Under the pieces are notes generated by a model. That model searched no databases, had not been told where the DNA came from, and saw nothing but the letters and a program-made list of their open reading frames with translations. DNA of 63,044 nt, the filler included, from Rhabdomonas costata (lineage: Eukaryota), in NCBI GenBank assembly GCA_019059605.1. It is 41 parts of 41 records of this genome, joined end to end, with 100 filler letters (N's around TTAATTAATTAA, not from the genome) between each part and the next. Parts side by side here need not be neighbours in the genome. Positions count along the whole stretch, not along the records: positions 24,659 to 26,098 come from JAHMHO010015883.1; positions 26,199 to 27,639 come from JAHMHO010015884.1; positions 27,740 to 29,180 come from JAHMHO010015885.1; positions 29,281 to 30,720 come from JAHMHO010015886.1; positions 30,821 to 32,261 come from JAHMHO010015887.1; positions 32,362 to 33,801 come from JAHMHO010015888.1; positions 33,902 to 35,344 come from JAHMHO010015889.1; positions 35,445 to 36,884 come from JAHMHO010015890.1; 33 more parts are not named here. One strand, written 5' to 3'. Every line of letters begins with the position of its first letter. The first letter of the stretch is position 1. Made by a program: the position numbers and the translations under genes. Of this stretch, positions 24,845 to 37,779 are shown piece by piece.

Positions 24845-25991
24845 AGAGCCAGAAGCACCACGCTGGCTCCTGTGGCAGCGGCTCGGGGGTGGAAGGCCCC
24901 CCTGTGGACCGAGTGGCGAAGAGTGCGTTTTGGCTGAGCCAGGCCTTGGCCGGGGTGGGGGAGCTAGGGCTGGCGGAGGAGTGGGCCAACGTAGCAAAGG
25001 CCCTGCCTGTGCCCTGTTCGCAGGAGCTGCAGGACCTGACTGCCAGGCTGCAGCGGGAGCTGGAGCAGGACGGCCTCTCCGATGAGCTTCTCGAGCTTCG
25101 CATGGCTCGAGTGCGCCAGGTGAGAGTGCTCTGGCGGGAAGCTTTGTACTTTTATGGAATGCTCTAAAATGCCCTGAAGGCTCCTTCCATCCATTATCAC
25201 TCTCTGCTCCTCCCCTGCTTCCTTATTGCTTCATTGTGGCCTTTCTGAGTATAGCCCGAGCTCTGGCCCCTTCCTTGTCCTTCTCTCTCCGTCGCTCCTT
25301 TGCCTCCCGCAGTGCATTCAAGCCCATCCTGCTCTGTTTGGGGATAAGGAGCTGGTGTTTCCTGGCGCCCCAACGATCTACTCCGTGCCTGACCTCGTGA
25401 AGGGGGTACGAGGCCAAACCCCACACCCACCACAGTGCCTCTTCCCGCCACCCTTTCCTTTGCCTGCCTACTAAAAATACCGCATCATCAATGATGCTGC
25501 CGTCGAAGTCCTTCAAACGGAAGCATCTCTGCATCTCTCTTACCGAAACGGAAACGGAAAAGATTGTCAACTTCGGCGTATTTCCGGGGGGGCGGGGATG
25601 AAAAGCTTAAGCCAGAGCAAGCCAAATGATCAAAATCATCAGAGCCTGTGATGAAACGCACCAACGTTTCGGGCACAGTAGTTAGTTTGTATGGTAAGTC
25701 TGCCCTTGTCTAGCTTTTAATGCCTTTCCACATTTCAGAACAGAATCACACTCCGGAGGTGAAGCACAGATTAATTCTATCTTTTTTGTCAGGAGAAAAC
25801 CGATCCTTCGTTTTTCCAACTGATCTCCACCTTTCTAATCCCCTTGTGCACACATTCACGAGGTCTTCTTGACGCGTTTAGAACTTAAATGTGCTTTGCT
25901 TTTTTTCGCTCCGCTTTGAGGAACGGTAGTGGCATTATTTTCCGCCGCCCTTCAGACGGTATGCACGCAGTGCTATGACGTCACTCATGAG
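24845..25991 (+). CDS. Partial hypothetical protein; exons 24845-25119, 25313-25405, 25956-~25991
   Basis: GC3-rich segments bounded by AG/GT that join in phase 0; no family recognised. Confidence 0.55.
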
Positions 25992-28206
25992 GTCCGCCGT
26001 GGGGCTGCGGGAGCCCCAGCCGTGGTGGCCTGGATGTACCTGCTGACCCCGAACTTGGACCGCCCCACCAGCGCACGGAGCAGGGGCCCACCCGCCAGNN
26101 NNNNNNNNNNNNNNNNNNNNNNNNNNNNNNNNNNNNNNNNNNTTAATTAATTAANNNNNNNNNNNNNNNNNNNNNNNNNNNNNNNNNNNNNNNNNNNNGG
26201 TTGGTGTGTTTGGGGTGGTTTGTAGCCCGTAGAGCACGAGCCTCCCGCCAGTCTGCTTTTGAGAAAGGAGGGGCTTGGGAAAACTGTATTGACGTGTAGA
26301 TGCGCAGTCAATGACCTTGCACAGAGCTGGTCCGGAAGGAACTTTGCAAGGGCTCGGCCGGCGGCATGAGCCCGGGAATTTCCATCTCAAAAAAAAAGGC
26401 AAAAATAGCGCCGATAAAAACACAATAATAGATTTGCTCTGCTGATGGATGTGTATGGAGCAGGATGTGATGAGGGCATTTTGGAGCGTGACCTCAACCA
26501 CTAAACCACTCAACCACTGACTGGCAACCAAAACACTACACAGTGGAAAACTGAGGCAATGCCACAGGTTGGATGCTTTACGTCAGCTATACCTCCCTGC
26601 CCTCCCCCGATGATTATTAGTTTCTCAGCGCGTCGTGATAGTGACCCGTCTCGGACACTGACATGCGTAGGTATCACTCCACAACCTGGCACTCCAACAG
26701 AAGAGTTGAAGGCGATGAACAGACTGAAGCGCATGTGTCCCGTGGAGTTTTGTTTAGAGAGTAACGCGGGCTTCCCTTCCGGTAACCGTCTCGCACGATG
26801 ACGTGCGGCAGCAATCAAGACTATTCCGTTGTGATGGCTTCGTGCTCCTAAATTAGCAGCACTTGCAACCCACGGGTCTTCGTAACAGGGACGGGCGGGG
26901 GTTTAAATGTCCTTCACTCCCGAGTTCGATAAGTCACCCCCCCCCTCCCTCCCTGGGCTTTCGTGAAAGCAGATTTTACTGCTTGTCTTCGTCGGGAAAG
27001 TGCGATAGGAGTTAAAGTAAAAAATTCCACACTGGGAACCGCCAACCAAAACCAAACTACACTAAGGGTCCAGAAATTGAAAGAAAGCTGCATAAATTGT
27101 GATCTGCACCACCTGCACTCAAAACTCAGATTGTTTACCCCACACACAGGATTTACTGCGGTTTGTCCTCCGGGTAGTTCAAACGAGGACGAAGCTTCTA
27201 AGTCCGACGCCTGTCGCGCCTCTGAGCCCCTTAAGTTGAACAGTTTTTTCACTTACCACTTTCCTATCAAAATAAAGAGGCAAAAAGAAAACGAACAGCA
27301 ACCCAGCAGAGACCGCCCCCCAATATTTGCGCCAATCGTCCAAACGGGTGCATCGGGACGGCTGCCACTTGACAGGACAAGCGAGGGGTTTTTGGCGAGT
27401 CTAAGCAAGTGGGAAAATGGAAAATGGAAAAATGGAAAACCGGGAAGAAAAAAAGGAAGAAAAGCAGAACTGGAAAGTGCCAAAACGAGCTCCGATGGGC
27501 CTGAGCTAGGAATCAATACCTCCAGCGAAGCGATGGATATACCGGCACGCAGACTCAGGGCACGAGAACCCACACGTCTAAACAGGAACGTCACCAGAAA
27601 CGTCGAAGACCGCCAGAAAGTAATGTGGTTGATGCTAGTNNNNNNNNNNNNNNNNNNNNNNNNNNNNNNNNNNNNNNNNNNNNTTAATTAATTAANNNNN
27701 NNNNNNNNNNNNNNNNNNNNNNNNNNNNNNNNNNNNNNNGTGTTGGGTGTGTGTGGGGGTGTTTGTGCGCGCAGCCCTGAAAGCGGCTGCACTGTACAAT
27801 GAAGTACCAGAAAGCAGGGGCTGGGGTGGACCACTTTTAAGAGTGACCTCATGCGACATGCGCAGTTCCAGCGGCACTATTTGCACATGTGAAAAAGGTC
27901 CGAAATTGAGAGAAGATTAAAGAAAGAGAGGAAGAAAGAACAGAAAAGCGAAACCCCCACTCTGCCTGACGCCACAGTCGCCAATGCAATAGTGAAATTT
28001 CGAGCATCGTTGGGGGCAGGCTTACGCAGGGCAGTATGTTTGTGTTTGTATGTGTGCACGGGTCCTTGATCTGTATGAGCAGAGAAAGAGACGATGCACC
28101 TCTTCTTTCATGTTTGTCTTCATTTCCCAGACCCAGAGGCTGCACTGCTCTTTATAACTCGTGTACTTTCGTTAGCGCGCTCTCTCTCTCTCTCGCACAG
28201 GCACAC

Positions 28207-28845
28207 CGGCACTCCACATCGGCGGAGGTTGGGTCGACATGGGAGCATTGGCAACCCACGCCGAAGTATCCGCTGGCGAGGTCGCAGAAGCAATCTGCAG
28301 TGGTGTGGTTCACGTCGAGTGTCTTGCAATACCCATGGGCGCTGCAGACGTGGGTCCCGTTGCCGGGACACCGCAGCTCGCAGTTCGCGCCGAACCTGTG
28401 AAAACACGGCATGCCATTCTAATCCATCTCTGTGGCAACGCTGGCCAATTCTGAACTCTTGTCAACTTTTCAAACGTCAAAGGCAAGTCACAAGCATTCC
28501 AGAGAAATTTCTTTCGATTATCCACGATAATTAACATTTTTATTTTTATTTTTTTCGGGAGCTCTGGATTGAACGTTTCTTTTCGTCTAATTATACGTTT
28601 CTTGCGATCGTTAAAAAAAGTGGCCAACCCTGCAAGAGTCCTATTAGTGCCACACACACACACAAGCGGCCATAAAGGTGTGTGGAGGGGTGTCCACTAT
28701 GGTGGACTTGTGTACAGTCGCTGATGGTGTATTGGAGACACTTACCAGCCGTATGCGCAGGTGGAGCATGTCGGTCCGGCCCAGCCCAGGTGGCAGGCAC
28801 AGGTCGCGTTGATCAGGCACTGCCCATTCCCGGAGCAGACCAAAC
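28207..28845 (-). CDS. Partial EGF-like (tenascin/laminin-type) repeat protein; exons 28845-28746, 28395-28207
   Basis: VCSGNGQC..NATCACHLGWAGPTCSTCAYGW|FGANCELRCPG....CSAHGYC....CFCD...GYFGVGC; the TG|G junction restores Trp. Confidence 0.88.
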
Positions 28846-29606
28846 CTGCAATTGCACGCATACATTCGGCGGCAGGGACGGGGTTTTCCGAAAAAACTTC
28901 GGGGAGCACATCGTGCGGTGCTATCCCAATCCACACAACTTATTCAGGTGTATCGCTGGAGCGCGTTCAATAGACGAGAGACTGTTCGTTGTCCAAGGTA
29001 AGAAATTATGCGGATCAACGGGTGGTATGGTAATTCACATTTACTTATCGCCAACAAGAGTAAATTCAACGCCAAAAAACGGAGCCAACGTGAAACACTC
29101 GCGCAATACAGTTCTTTCAGTATTTCTCTTATCGCTGTTCTGGGGGGTTCTACCAGATGGGCCTATCTAGCACCAAAACCNNNNNNNNNNNNNNNNNNNN
29201 NNNNNNNNNNNNNNNNNNNNNNNNTTAATTAATTAANNNNNNNNNNNNNNNNNNNNNNNNNNNNNNNNNNNNNNNNNNNNCCCTCCCTGGTCACATGAAG
29301 GGGAAGGTTTCTCACGAAACCCAGAAAGCTCCACGGTGAGCGAATGAAAGAAGGGCTATGCTTGATTTGTTTTGACGTGGGTAACCGCAAACAGTGGACT
29401 GTTTTCGAGTCAGATCATCTGCCTGCCCTCTCTTACTTGCTTTCGCACAAGCACCGAAACCATAAGAGTGTGTGAGACATTCCACTACTGGGATCCCATG
29501 TTTGAATATCGCCCACCAACACCACGAAGTGATCCCCATTTCTGTACCCCATGCACTGGAAAAGCTTGGGATGTGATGGCCTGTTCCGGTGATTCTTTCT
29601 CCGCAG

Positions 29607-30416
29607 CATCTCAACCGGGAAGGTTTTGTGTGGCAAGCCCGCTGGGTATTAGCCTGCGGGCCTGACTTCGGCAAGGACGGCTGGCAATACGCCACGAGCT
29701 TCTCTGCGACCTTCACTCCGAACCCCACTGCTCTAACCATTGCCCGCCGCCGCCGGTGGGAGCGGTGGTGCGTGCCCCTGGACTGCCTGCGTGCCGGCCT
29801 CAGCTTCACCACAGAGGGCCCCGAGGGCCTTCTGACCTCTTGTTACGGGGGGAGTGAACCCCTGCCGTGGAGCGGGAGAGCGGTTCAGGCGCCAGACGAG
29901 CTTTCGGGTTGGGTCCATGTCTTCTCCAGGGACCTCGGGATGCTCGACGTGGACTCTGAGCAGCGGGTGATGGCTTCTTCTGTCCACCTCAATGGGGCTG
30001 CGAAGGGCGCTGTGGTGCGGTTCCATGTTCTTCCGGTGCCCCAGGCTCGGCCGACGTCCTTCCGGCTCTTCCACGAGCCCACGCAGTGCTGCGTGTTTGG
30101 GGTGCCCCGCCGGACGCTCTCCGCGGGGCGGTTCAACGGCCTGGACGTGTACTGCTGTGGCCGCGGGGGCAGCGTGGGGGAGGTACTTGTGCTGCACCCC
30201 GCCTCTGAGCCGGGGCTGTTCCACGTGCAGTTTCGGGGCAACGGGCGGCTGTGGGTAGTCGGACCCTCGGGAGGGCTCAGCACAGTGCCCAGGGAAGCTC
30301 GGGAGGTTGCCTCGGAGTTCTTCTTTGTCCCAGAAAGATCCTCAGGGGAGGGAGCCGCTATTGCGGTACAGCCGAAAGGGTCCGAGGAGGAGGGCAACGG
30401 GCTTTCCTTTTTGTAA
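29607..30416 (+). CDS. Terminal exon of a DysF (dysferlin/Pex24-type) domain protein
   Basis: GFVWQARWVL....GKDGWQYATSF.....TIARRRRWER matches the DysF pattern; CAG acceptor at 29604-29606, stop at 30414-30416. Confidence 0.78.
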   Translation, partial: HLNREGFVWQARWVLACGPDFGKDGWQYATSFSATFTPNPTALTIARRRRWERWCVPLDCLRAGLSFTTEGPEGLLTSCYGGSEPLPWSGRAVQAPDELSGWVHVFSRDLGMLDVDSEQRVMASSVHLNGAAKGAVVRFHVLPVPQARPTSFRLFHEPTQCCVFGVPRRTLSAGRFNGLDVYCCGRGGSVGEVLVLHPASEPGLFHVQFRGNGRLWVVGPSGGLSTVPREAREVASEFFFVPERSSGEGAAIAVQPKGSEEEGNGLSFL

Positions 30417-31620
30417 TGTAGCGCCTTTGCCTTCCCACGGCCTGCCATGGTTATATCCAGCTCTGGTTTTATTGGTCGCCGGGGTGTAATGGGGTGTATT
30501 GAGTGTTGGCTACGGCCTGTATTGTGGAAACTGCCCCCGGGATTTGTTTCTGTCGTGTATACCTGCCATTGCTGGAAAACATTTAATGATTCTGCAGCTT
30601 TCTGTGTCAAGAGGCGTTGGAATTGCAGTTGCCCACTACCTTTCTCTTGGGGTTCCCATGGTTTGAGCTTCAGGAGTACTGTATGGTGCTGAATAATGCA
30701 TAAATGTTTTCCAACAAACANNNNNNNNNNNNNNNNNNNNNNNNNNNNNNNNNNNNNNNNNNNNTTAATTAATTAANNNNNNNNNNNNNNNNNNNNNNNN
30801 NNNNNNNNNNNNNNNNNNNNTGGGGGTGGGGGCGCCCTTACAATCTCGTCCTGCTCGTCTCGTCTCTATTTTGCTACCTTTTTGAATTGTTTGGTGTTTT
30901 GTTGTCAGAGCGTTTGGTGTTTTTTGTTTTGCTCCATTTTTTCTTACGCCATTTGGCTCTTGAATCTTCCCTTGGTTCCACCTCTCTCTTGTTCACTGTT
31001 CTTTTTATGTTTGCCTTTCAACTTTGGAGTTTGGGGTTTTATCAAGTGCACCCGTAATTCTGGAGCGCCCGTGTTTTGGTAGGTATTTTTTCTGGTCCCG
31101 TCTGGGTGCCGCGTATGCTCGACTCGCTCGGACCCTCCGCCGCGGCTACGGCTGCGAATGTTCGCATTGGGAGGGAAGACACGATTCAGACCAAGTTCAT
31201 TTTTTTGGCTCGCAGCTGCTGGGCCTCCATGGCCTTCCGGATGTACATTTGCACTGTTGGCACAGCAGATATGATGGTGCACGTCCTTGCCTGTCTGGAC
31301 TCGCCAATGTTCTGCCAATTTGAAGGGGAGAGCCGCCTTAGTACTGGTAACGTCATGACGAAAAAGCAGAGGTAAAACGGCCTGTGTTTTTTGGGGGGGT
31401 GGATGGAGAGGGGTCACAGCAGCGGAAACAATTGTTTATCGTCCAATGGTCCACGTCTAGCATTAACAAACAGAGGAAACCACCACCCCAACACCCGCTG
31501 ACGACCAATCTTTCTCGAACTTTCTGGACTGCTGAGAAGTAGATGTCCCCCCCCGTTCAAGGCAATCGCTTGCCCCCGCCCCGGTTAAACCCGTTCGTCT
31601 GTTTTTGTTATTCGTCTTCG

Positions 31621-31780
31621 TCTTCTTTGCGTTTTCGTTGTGTTTCTTCCGGATGCCGTTCATGGTGGTAATGGTGATGCTTATGGACCCACCTTTCACC
31701 GCCACCACCCTGTCGTTCAGCACGGGGGAGGGCGGGTAGAGCAGATCCACGCCTATGTCAGAGCAGGCGCGAACACATGG
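31621..31780 (-). repeat. Dispersed repeat, copy 2, with a 22-nt insertion
   Basis: About 90% identical to 826-964; AGAGCAG is duplicated at 31738-31744 and 31760-31766 around 15 extra nt. Confidence 0.9.
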
Positions 31781-32361
31781 GGCTTGACGCCCGGCAGGAG
31801 CGCGAACAGCACGGGCACGCACATCAGCAGCACGATGACCCACCCCATGGTTGAGGATGGCGTCAGGGATGGGTGCCGGCTGATGGTTTCGTTGTGGCTG
31901 TTCTTCGCGTCGTCGAAGTTGGGGGCATGAAGGCTCCCCCAAGGATGTCTGGTGGCGGGCCGCCGTGGGGCAGCCCCTGTGCCGTGGGCGCCAGAGGGTA
32001 ATGCTCTTTTAAGGCCGTTGACAAAGCGCATTACTAAGATCTTTTATACACTTGACCATGGTTTTGAATAGGCGTGTGCGCTAGAAAGTCGCCGTTTTTG
32101 ATGAGCACATTTGTTTGCAATGAATTTGCGCCTGGTGGTGGCAATATTTGGAGAGGTAGTGGGCCTTCAGCACATCAGTGAAACTTTTCTACGAAGCAAA
32201 TGTGTCTTGTAGTGACAAAGTACTTCTTCTTGAGTCACCTAATGCTATCTTTGTGCATCGTNNNNNNNNNNNNNNNNNNNNNNNNNNNNNNNNNNNNNNN
32301 NNNNNTTAATTAATTAANNNNNNNNNNNNNNNNNNNNNNNNNNNNNNNNNNNNNNNNNNNN

Positions 32362-33759
32362 AACCTTCACCCAAAGCTCTAGCACCGTGCTGAAGGCGTA
32401 CCGCGGCAAAGGGCTGCCCGTGCTGGTGAGCTGCACAGAGGGCTGCAGGGGGGACGTGGGGCTCAGCACTTGCACGGAGAAGGCCTGCGTGGTGCTGAGG
32501 ATGGCGGGGGCATCGGGGCTGGCGCCGAGCTCAAAGGTGAGGCTGTCAACAGCCCCGGTTCCCGGCACAAGCGTCAGGCTAACGATGAGATGCCCCGCCG
32601 TGTCAAAGCTCAGATCAGCTAACGCGCGCACTGGCCCAGGCGTCATGGACCCATACACGCTGACCCAGGTGCTCATGTCCAGCGAAACCGACACGCTGAG
32701 GTCGAACCGGTTGCAGGCACTCGCAAAGGAGGTCTCCGAAAGCCCCTGCCCCTCACTCGGCTGGAACACGCCCTGCAGGAAACAGGTATACAAGCTCCCG
32801 CTGATCATCACCACGTTTTCATGCATCTCCCGGTGCAGCCATGGGGAACCATCGCGGTGCGGGAGGAGGCCATTGAGGCTGCCAAAGGGGTCCACAGGAA
32901 GGGTAAGGCTATAGCCAGCCAGTGGGCTGCACTGCCTGCGCCCATGGCGGGGAGTCCACCACAGCAAACGCGTTGAGGTTGGTGCACACCGTCTGCGGGG
33001 TGGTGACGTTGAAGGGCGTTGCCGCGGAAGGAAGAGGCATCCTCACCGCGGAGGAGGGCAGCACCGAGGGCAGGGTGCCCAGAGTCATCCTTGTCTGCTC
33101 GCTGCCCGTGATGTACACCCCGCCTGCGATGTAGGGGTAGGCCACCTCCACATAGGACCTGCTACTGTTGCACATTATCCCGAATATCGGCTGGGGTGGG
33201 TTGGGCCGCACGGAGAGGCTCAATCTGTAGTCCACTGTAAACACAGAGGGGCAGGTGCAGTGCCCGGAGCCTGCAATGCCCTCCCACTGGCACAGCCTGC
33301 TACACCCGTCGCCATCTTCAACGTTGCCGTCATCGCATTGCTCCGCGTCCTCCAGAAGGAGGTTTCCGCAGACGCCCTGCATACCACTACCTGCCCCCAA
33401 AATCCGCACAAGCAGGTCAAAAAAGGCTCAGAAACGAGTGGGTGCAAAAAAGAATGATGTCCTGCTTCTTCCAGAGGATAATGGGATCATCCACCAAATA
33501 TTGCTCAAAGGACACGCCTGGAGAAACCAGTTTAATCGGGTGTATGACTGAGTTGACTGGATGGAGCGATGTCCTTCTAGTTGACAGGGGTGGGGGAGCC
33601 GGGCTGCTCCCGCCTATGGATTTCTAACGCACAGCGTAGCTGAAGATCCCAAATGCTTCCTTGGCTGGACGTACGCTGAGAGCCATAGTAGTAAAACCAC
33701 CCTCGGCCCTTGTGGGCAGGCAGCACGTCACAGAGGGTGTGCAGCGAATCAATCAAACC
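32362..33759 (-). CDS. Partial large extracellular protein with a Myxococcus Cys-rich (DUF4215-type) repeat; exons 33759-33633, 33390-><32362, frameshifted near 32914
   Basis: VCGNLLLEDAEQCDDGNVEDGDGCSRLCQWE; phase-1 GT-AG intron; a 4-nt duplication (GCCAGCCA at 32914-32921) splits the long exon into two ORFs. Confidence 0.75.
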
Positions 33760-34341
33760 CTGGCAGTGCTCACTCAATGAGTTTATGTACCCAACCAACC
33801 CNNNNNNNNNNNNNNNNNNNNNNNNNNNNNNNNNNNNNNNNNNNNTTAATTAATTAANNNNNNNNNNNNNNNNNNNNNNNNNNNNNNNNNNNNNNNNNNN
33901 NTGTGGTGGGTGTGGTTGGGTGGGTGGTGTGGTCAGAGGAGTGCGAATGTCATGGCCGATGGTGCAGAGATAAGAGAAATCGCCCACCGCAGGACTTTCC
34001 CTCTCCGGATGCAGTTCAAATGAAGGACATGATCCTGGGTCGCTCCTGAAAAAGAACACACGGAAGAATTTGCATTTCGACACCAGGACTTAACTGGAGT
34101 AACGAAAAATCAATTAAAAGTAAGACCGGATTCGCCCCATTCAAAGTAACCCAACACTTCAAACCTGTACAGCAGTACAAACCCTCCGCCTCGAACGATG
34201 GACAGAAAAGACAGAAAAGCAAGTCGGGGGGGGGGGCGGAATAAGTGAAGGGTCGTACGAGACGAGGCAACAGAGCTGGAAAACAATCAACAAGATACTT
34301 TCAACTCCTTTTACAAGTTAAGATTTTGAAGGAGCAGCCAC

Positions 34342-35162
34342 CTGAGTGCTGAAGGAATCTTCCGCCTCCTCAGCTCTCCCCCCCGGTCGATGTACGCATT
34401 CCGCTGAGAAGAACCAAACCCTTCGTAGTGACCTTGTTGTTCTCCTCCTTCGCATAGAATCCACTTTGTAGCACATCCGTGTTGATCCGAAGGATTTGAG
34501 AAATGTTCAGGGTCAGCGGGCTGGGATCCCTCGGTGGGCGGGGGCGGATTCCAATCCACGGCAGAGTTACCGCTACTCAAAAGAGGAGCGGGTTGCTGGT
34601 GGGAACCCAAGCAATGCATGGAGGGCGCAGCACTTGTTGATAACAAAACGGGAACTTGCGAACTGCCCCCAAGGGCCTCACAGCAAGGCAACTCACCGCT
34701 GCAGACAATCGAGTTCAGCTCAAATTCACGCGCAGAGGCAGACAATGGAACATCACCAGTGGGCTCAAAGCCATATCTCCAAGGGTCGCAAGCAAACGAG
34801 TCCGATGGTGTGGCAGAGGTGGACGGTTGCCTTGGGTTTCCCGTGTAGCCAGTGTCCGGGAGACCAAGAGCTGGTACCCAACTCCTGCACAAAACGGAGG
34901 CCCCAGAGGACTGGACGGATGGGGTTTCCACTCTCACCGCTTCAACATCCTCTGTCGGATAGCGTTCTACCGGCGGCTTTCGCAAGGCGGGGGGTCCGCC
35001 GGAGGGCATTTCCCAGCACGACGCCGGGCCCTCCAATGCACCCGAACCACCAAAGCTCCTGCGGAACTCATGGTCCGAATCTCCTCTAGCTGCGTCGCGC
35101 GACTGCTGAACAATTCTGTGAGCTCCCAAGAGGGACCGATCGACCCATTTAGTTGGGCAGTA
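34342..35162 (-). CDS. Probable long exon of a low-complexity S/P/G-rich protein with a PAM2-like motif
   Basis: Open frame over 800 nt bounded by a TAG acceptor and CAG|GTGGCT; contains LSASAREF at about 34745-34722. Confidence 0.4.
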
Positions 35163-36719
35163 CTAGGGCGGCTAATGAAACGCAGTGTTATGGAAGCTGC
35201 GCCGTGGCGGTTGGCTTTTACCCCTGCGATAATCATCTCCTACTTGTTCGCCAAAGCTCAACCAGAGATGAGTGTTTATGAACAATGATGATGATAACCA
35301 AGCACTCTAAGATTTCCCACCCCAGGATCGCAATGCACCATTATNNNNNNNNNNNNNNNNNNNNNNNNNNNNNNNNNNNNNNNNNNNNTTAATTAATTAA
35401 NNNNNNNNNNNNNNNNNNNNNNNNNNNNNNNNNNNNNNNNNNNNGGTTTGTGGTGGGGGAGAGAGGTTAGCGGCAGGGGCCCAAAGGCGGCTTCAGACTA
35501 TTTACAAACCTGTCAAAGCGCTTCTCAGCAAAGGTATCTTCAGAATAGTGGGCAGGCGGCACGTCTAACCGCTTCTACCGACCTCAAACAGCAAAACGCT
35601 CCCCACGAACGATGATAATGCAGAGCTGGTTCAGAAAGATTAGCGTATGCGTTCCGTCCGAGGCGTCGAACTGCTCTTTCCGCCATGGGAGTTCTCCACA
35701 GAAGCACCTTCTCTAAACACTGTGGTTTAACCCCCTCTTCCCGTTTTCATCTGCATTCACCTGCGGGGATACGAGGCTGTGCATGTACCCCCTCGGTTTC
35801 CAATGGAAACACTGTAGGGGTTTTGGGGCTGAAAATCCCCTTTGGGCGTCTTTCCAAGATGCCTTTGGCCGCGGAGCGCACAGCGGAGCGGCACCCAAGA
35901 CCCTGGGTGCTTTCATACCATACATTCCACAAGAGACTTTCGTCAATGGCGCTAACCTCATTCAGGCAGTCGGTTATGGCAAACTTGAACCGAGCCGTCT
36001 GTGTAAACACTGGGGGGGGGGGGGGGAGAGCACACCAGCCTCCTTCAGGGACTCCTCTGTAGTGTGGCGAAAGGAAGCGGCGCCGCCCCCTTCGCCTTCC
36101 GTGGCTGGCACCCCCGGCGGGGGCGAGGCAGTGCAGTATAGCGCAGCGGTGGACGCACTGGACGCCACTGTTATCTGCGAAGCCCACGAGAGGAGAGGAG
36201 CGACTTCAGGCGCTTCCGCCGGATGCAAATGAGGGAGTTATTTTTGTGAGGGGGGCATTGTCCCTGCACGCAGGAAAGATTCTGTCGGTTGCTTGGGTCC
36301 GGGACTCTGCTCGTGTCCTTACAACTTGGTTGGACTGCTTAACAAGGCTGTGAACCACCCACTCTAACTTCTGGTCGATCAAGACTCTTCAGAAGGTTCT
36401 GCATCTGAAGATCTGATCATGTCACCTTATTCACCACATGCTCACAGCCTGTCGTCACTGATATTATTGTGCTCCACCCCACTCCCTTTTCATTCGATCC
36501 TGGGTTCCCAAACCCTCCTAGGAATATTTTCATGCGCTGGGGTGTTGTCATCACGCCACACAGCTGCCGACCCCTCTTGCGTTTCCGGCTTTAATATCAG
36601 TTCGGTGTGGGGACAATGGTAGTGAAGTCCCTCCTTGCTTAGTGAAACACAACTCATTGTCTTGCGCAAATTTTCCGCTGAAACACAATCGGTCCAGTGA
36701 AAAAAACGCAGTAGTTTGC

Positions 36720-36866
36720 CTCGGAACAATCCGGAGGAAAGTGATCCGGTTGGTCACTCGTGGCCAGCCTCTGCAGCACCGGTTCCGGGACGTACTTCTT
36801 AACCTCAGAAAGAATGGCGATGATGTGCAGGAAGGCCTGCTGAATCCGGTTGGGGTTGGCCAGCTC
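36720..36866 (-). CDS. Exon resembling the helical segment upstream of class III nucleotidyl-cyclase domains
   Basis: IQQAFLHIIAILSEVKKYVPEPVLQRL resembles the L..F.KYVP..V pattern; clear CAG acceptor, uncertain donor. Confidence 0.4.
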
Positions 36867-37231
36867 CTGCAGGTAAAACACCCCNNNNNNNNNNNNNNNN
36901 NNNNNNNNNNNNNNNNNNNNNNNNNNNNTTAATTAATTAANNNNNNNNNNNNNNNNNNNNNNNNNNNNNNNNNNNNNNNNNNNNGAACAGGAAAAGTGAA
37001 GAGGAAGGTTCATCCATGGGGGGGGGGACATACGCGCAGCGGTCCGAGATAATTCTCGAAAATGGGTTTGGGTTGAAGCTGCTCATCCCATTGAAATGCA
37101 TTGCCCATACACAAAGGAGAGTCACCCCCCATATAACTCAGGCGCCAACCTTCGCACGAAAGTAGGCTGGCCCAACACCAGGAACTAAACAATAACAAGG
37201 TGGTGGGTGGAAGGAGGCATAGACAGAGGAC

Positions 37232-37779
37232 CTCCGTCTCGAGCCCACGAGGGGACCACAACGCTGGAGTTCGTGGTGGGGCTGCCCGAGAGAACCACCA
37301 GCCGGGGGCTCACAGTAACCGTCCCGGGGAAGCCCCCCACCAGATTGCCCACCACGTCAAACACCCCGACGTGGAAGTCCCGTTCAAACGTACCTGCAGA
37401 CAAGGCATGGATTCCCAGAAAGGCATGGATTCCGCGAGGCATGTATTCCCAGAATAATCCAAATCCGCGACCACCCAACGGCCTTTGACACGTTTTTGAA
37501 ACCTAAGTGGCGGATCAACCCCTCCGAACCAAAAACCAAGCGCAGCGAAGCACTCACCAGTGTCTGCTCCGCTGCTCTGGTAGTTCACCAGGATGGGGGT
37601 GGGGGGCTGTGAGATCATCTCCAAGTGGTGCGCCGCACCCGCCGTAACGGTTAGCGACACCGAGGCGTTCAGGGAGGAACCAGAGACGAACACGGCTCCA
37701 CTGGCATTGCCCGGGGTGCTGCCCCACTGAGCGACCGCGTAGCTCACCACAACAAGGGTGTAGCTAAACTCGTACTCAT
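37232..37779 (-). CDS. Partial surface protein with an Ig-like/invasin-type beta-sandwich repeat; exons 37779-37558, 37393-37232
   Basis: VSLTVTAGAAHHLEMISQPP...|GTFERDFHVGVFDVVGNLV..FPGTVTVS resembles AGAA..L....QP....G..F...V...D..GN.V; both exons are phase 1-1 (222 and 162 nt). Confidence 0.65.
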
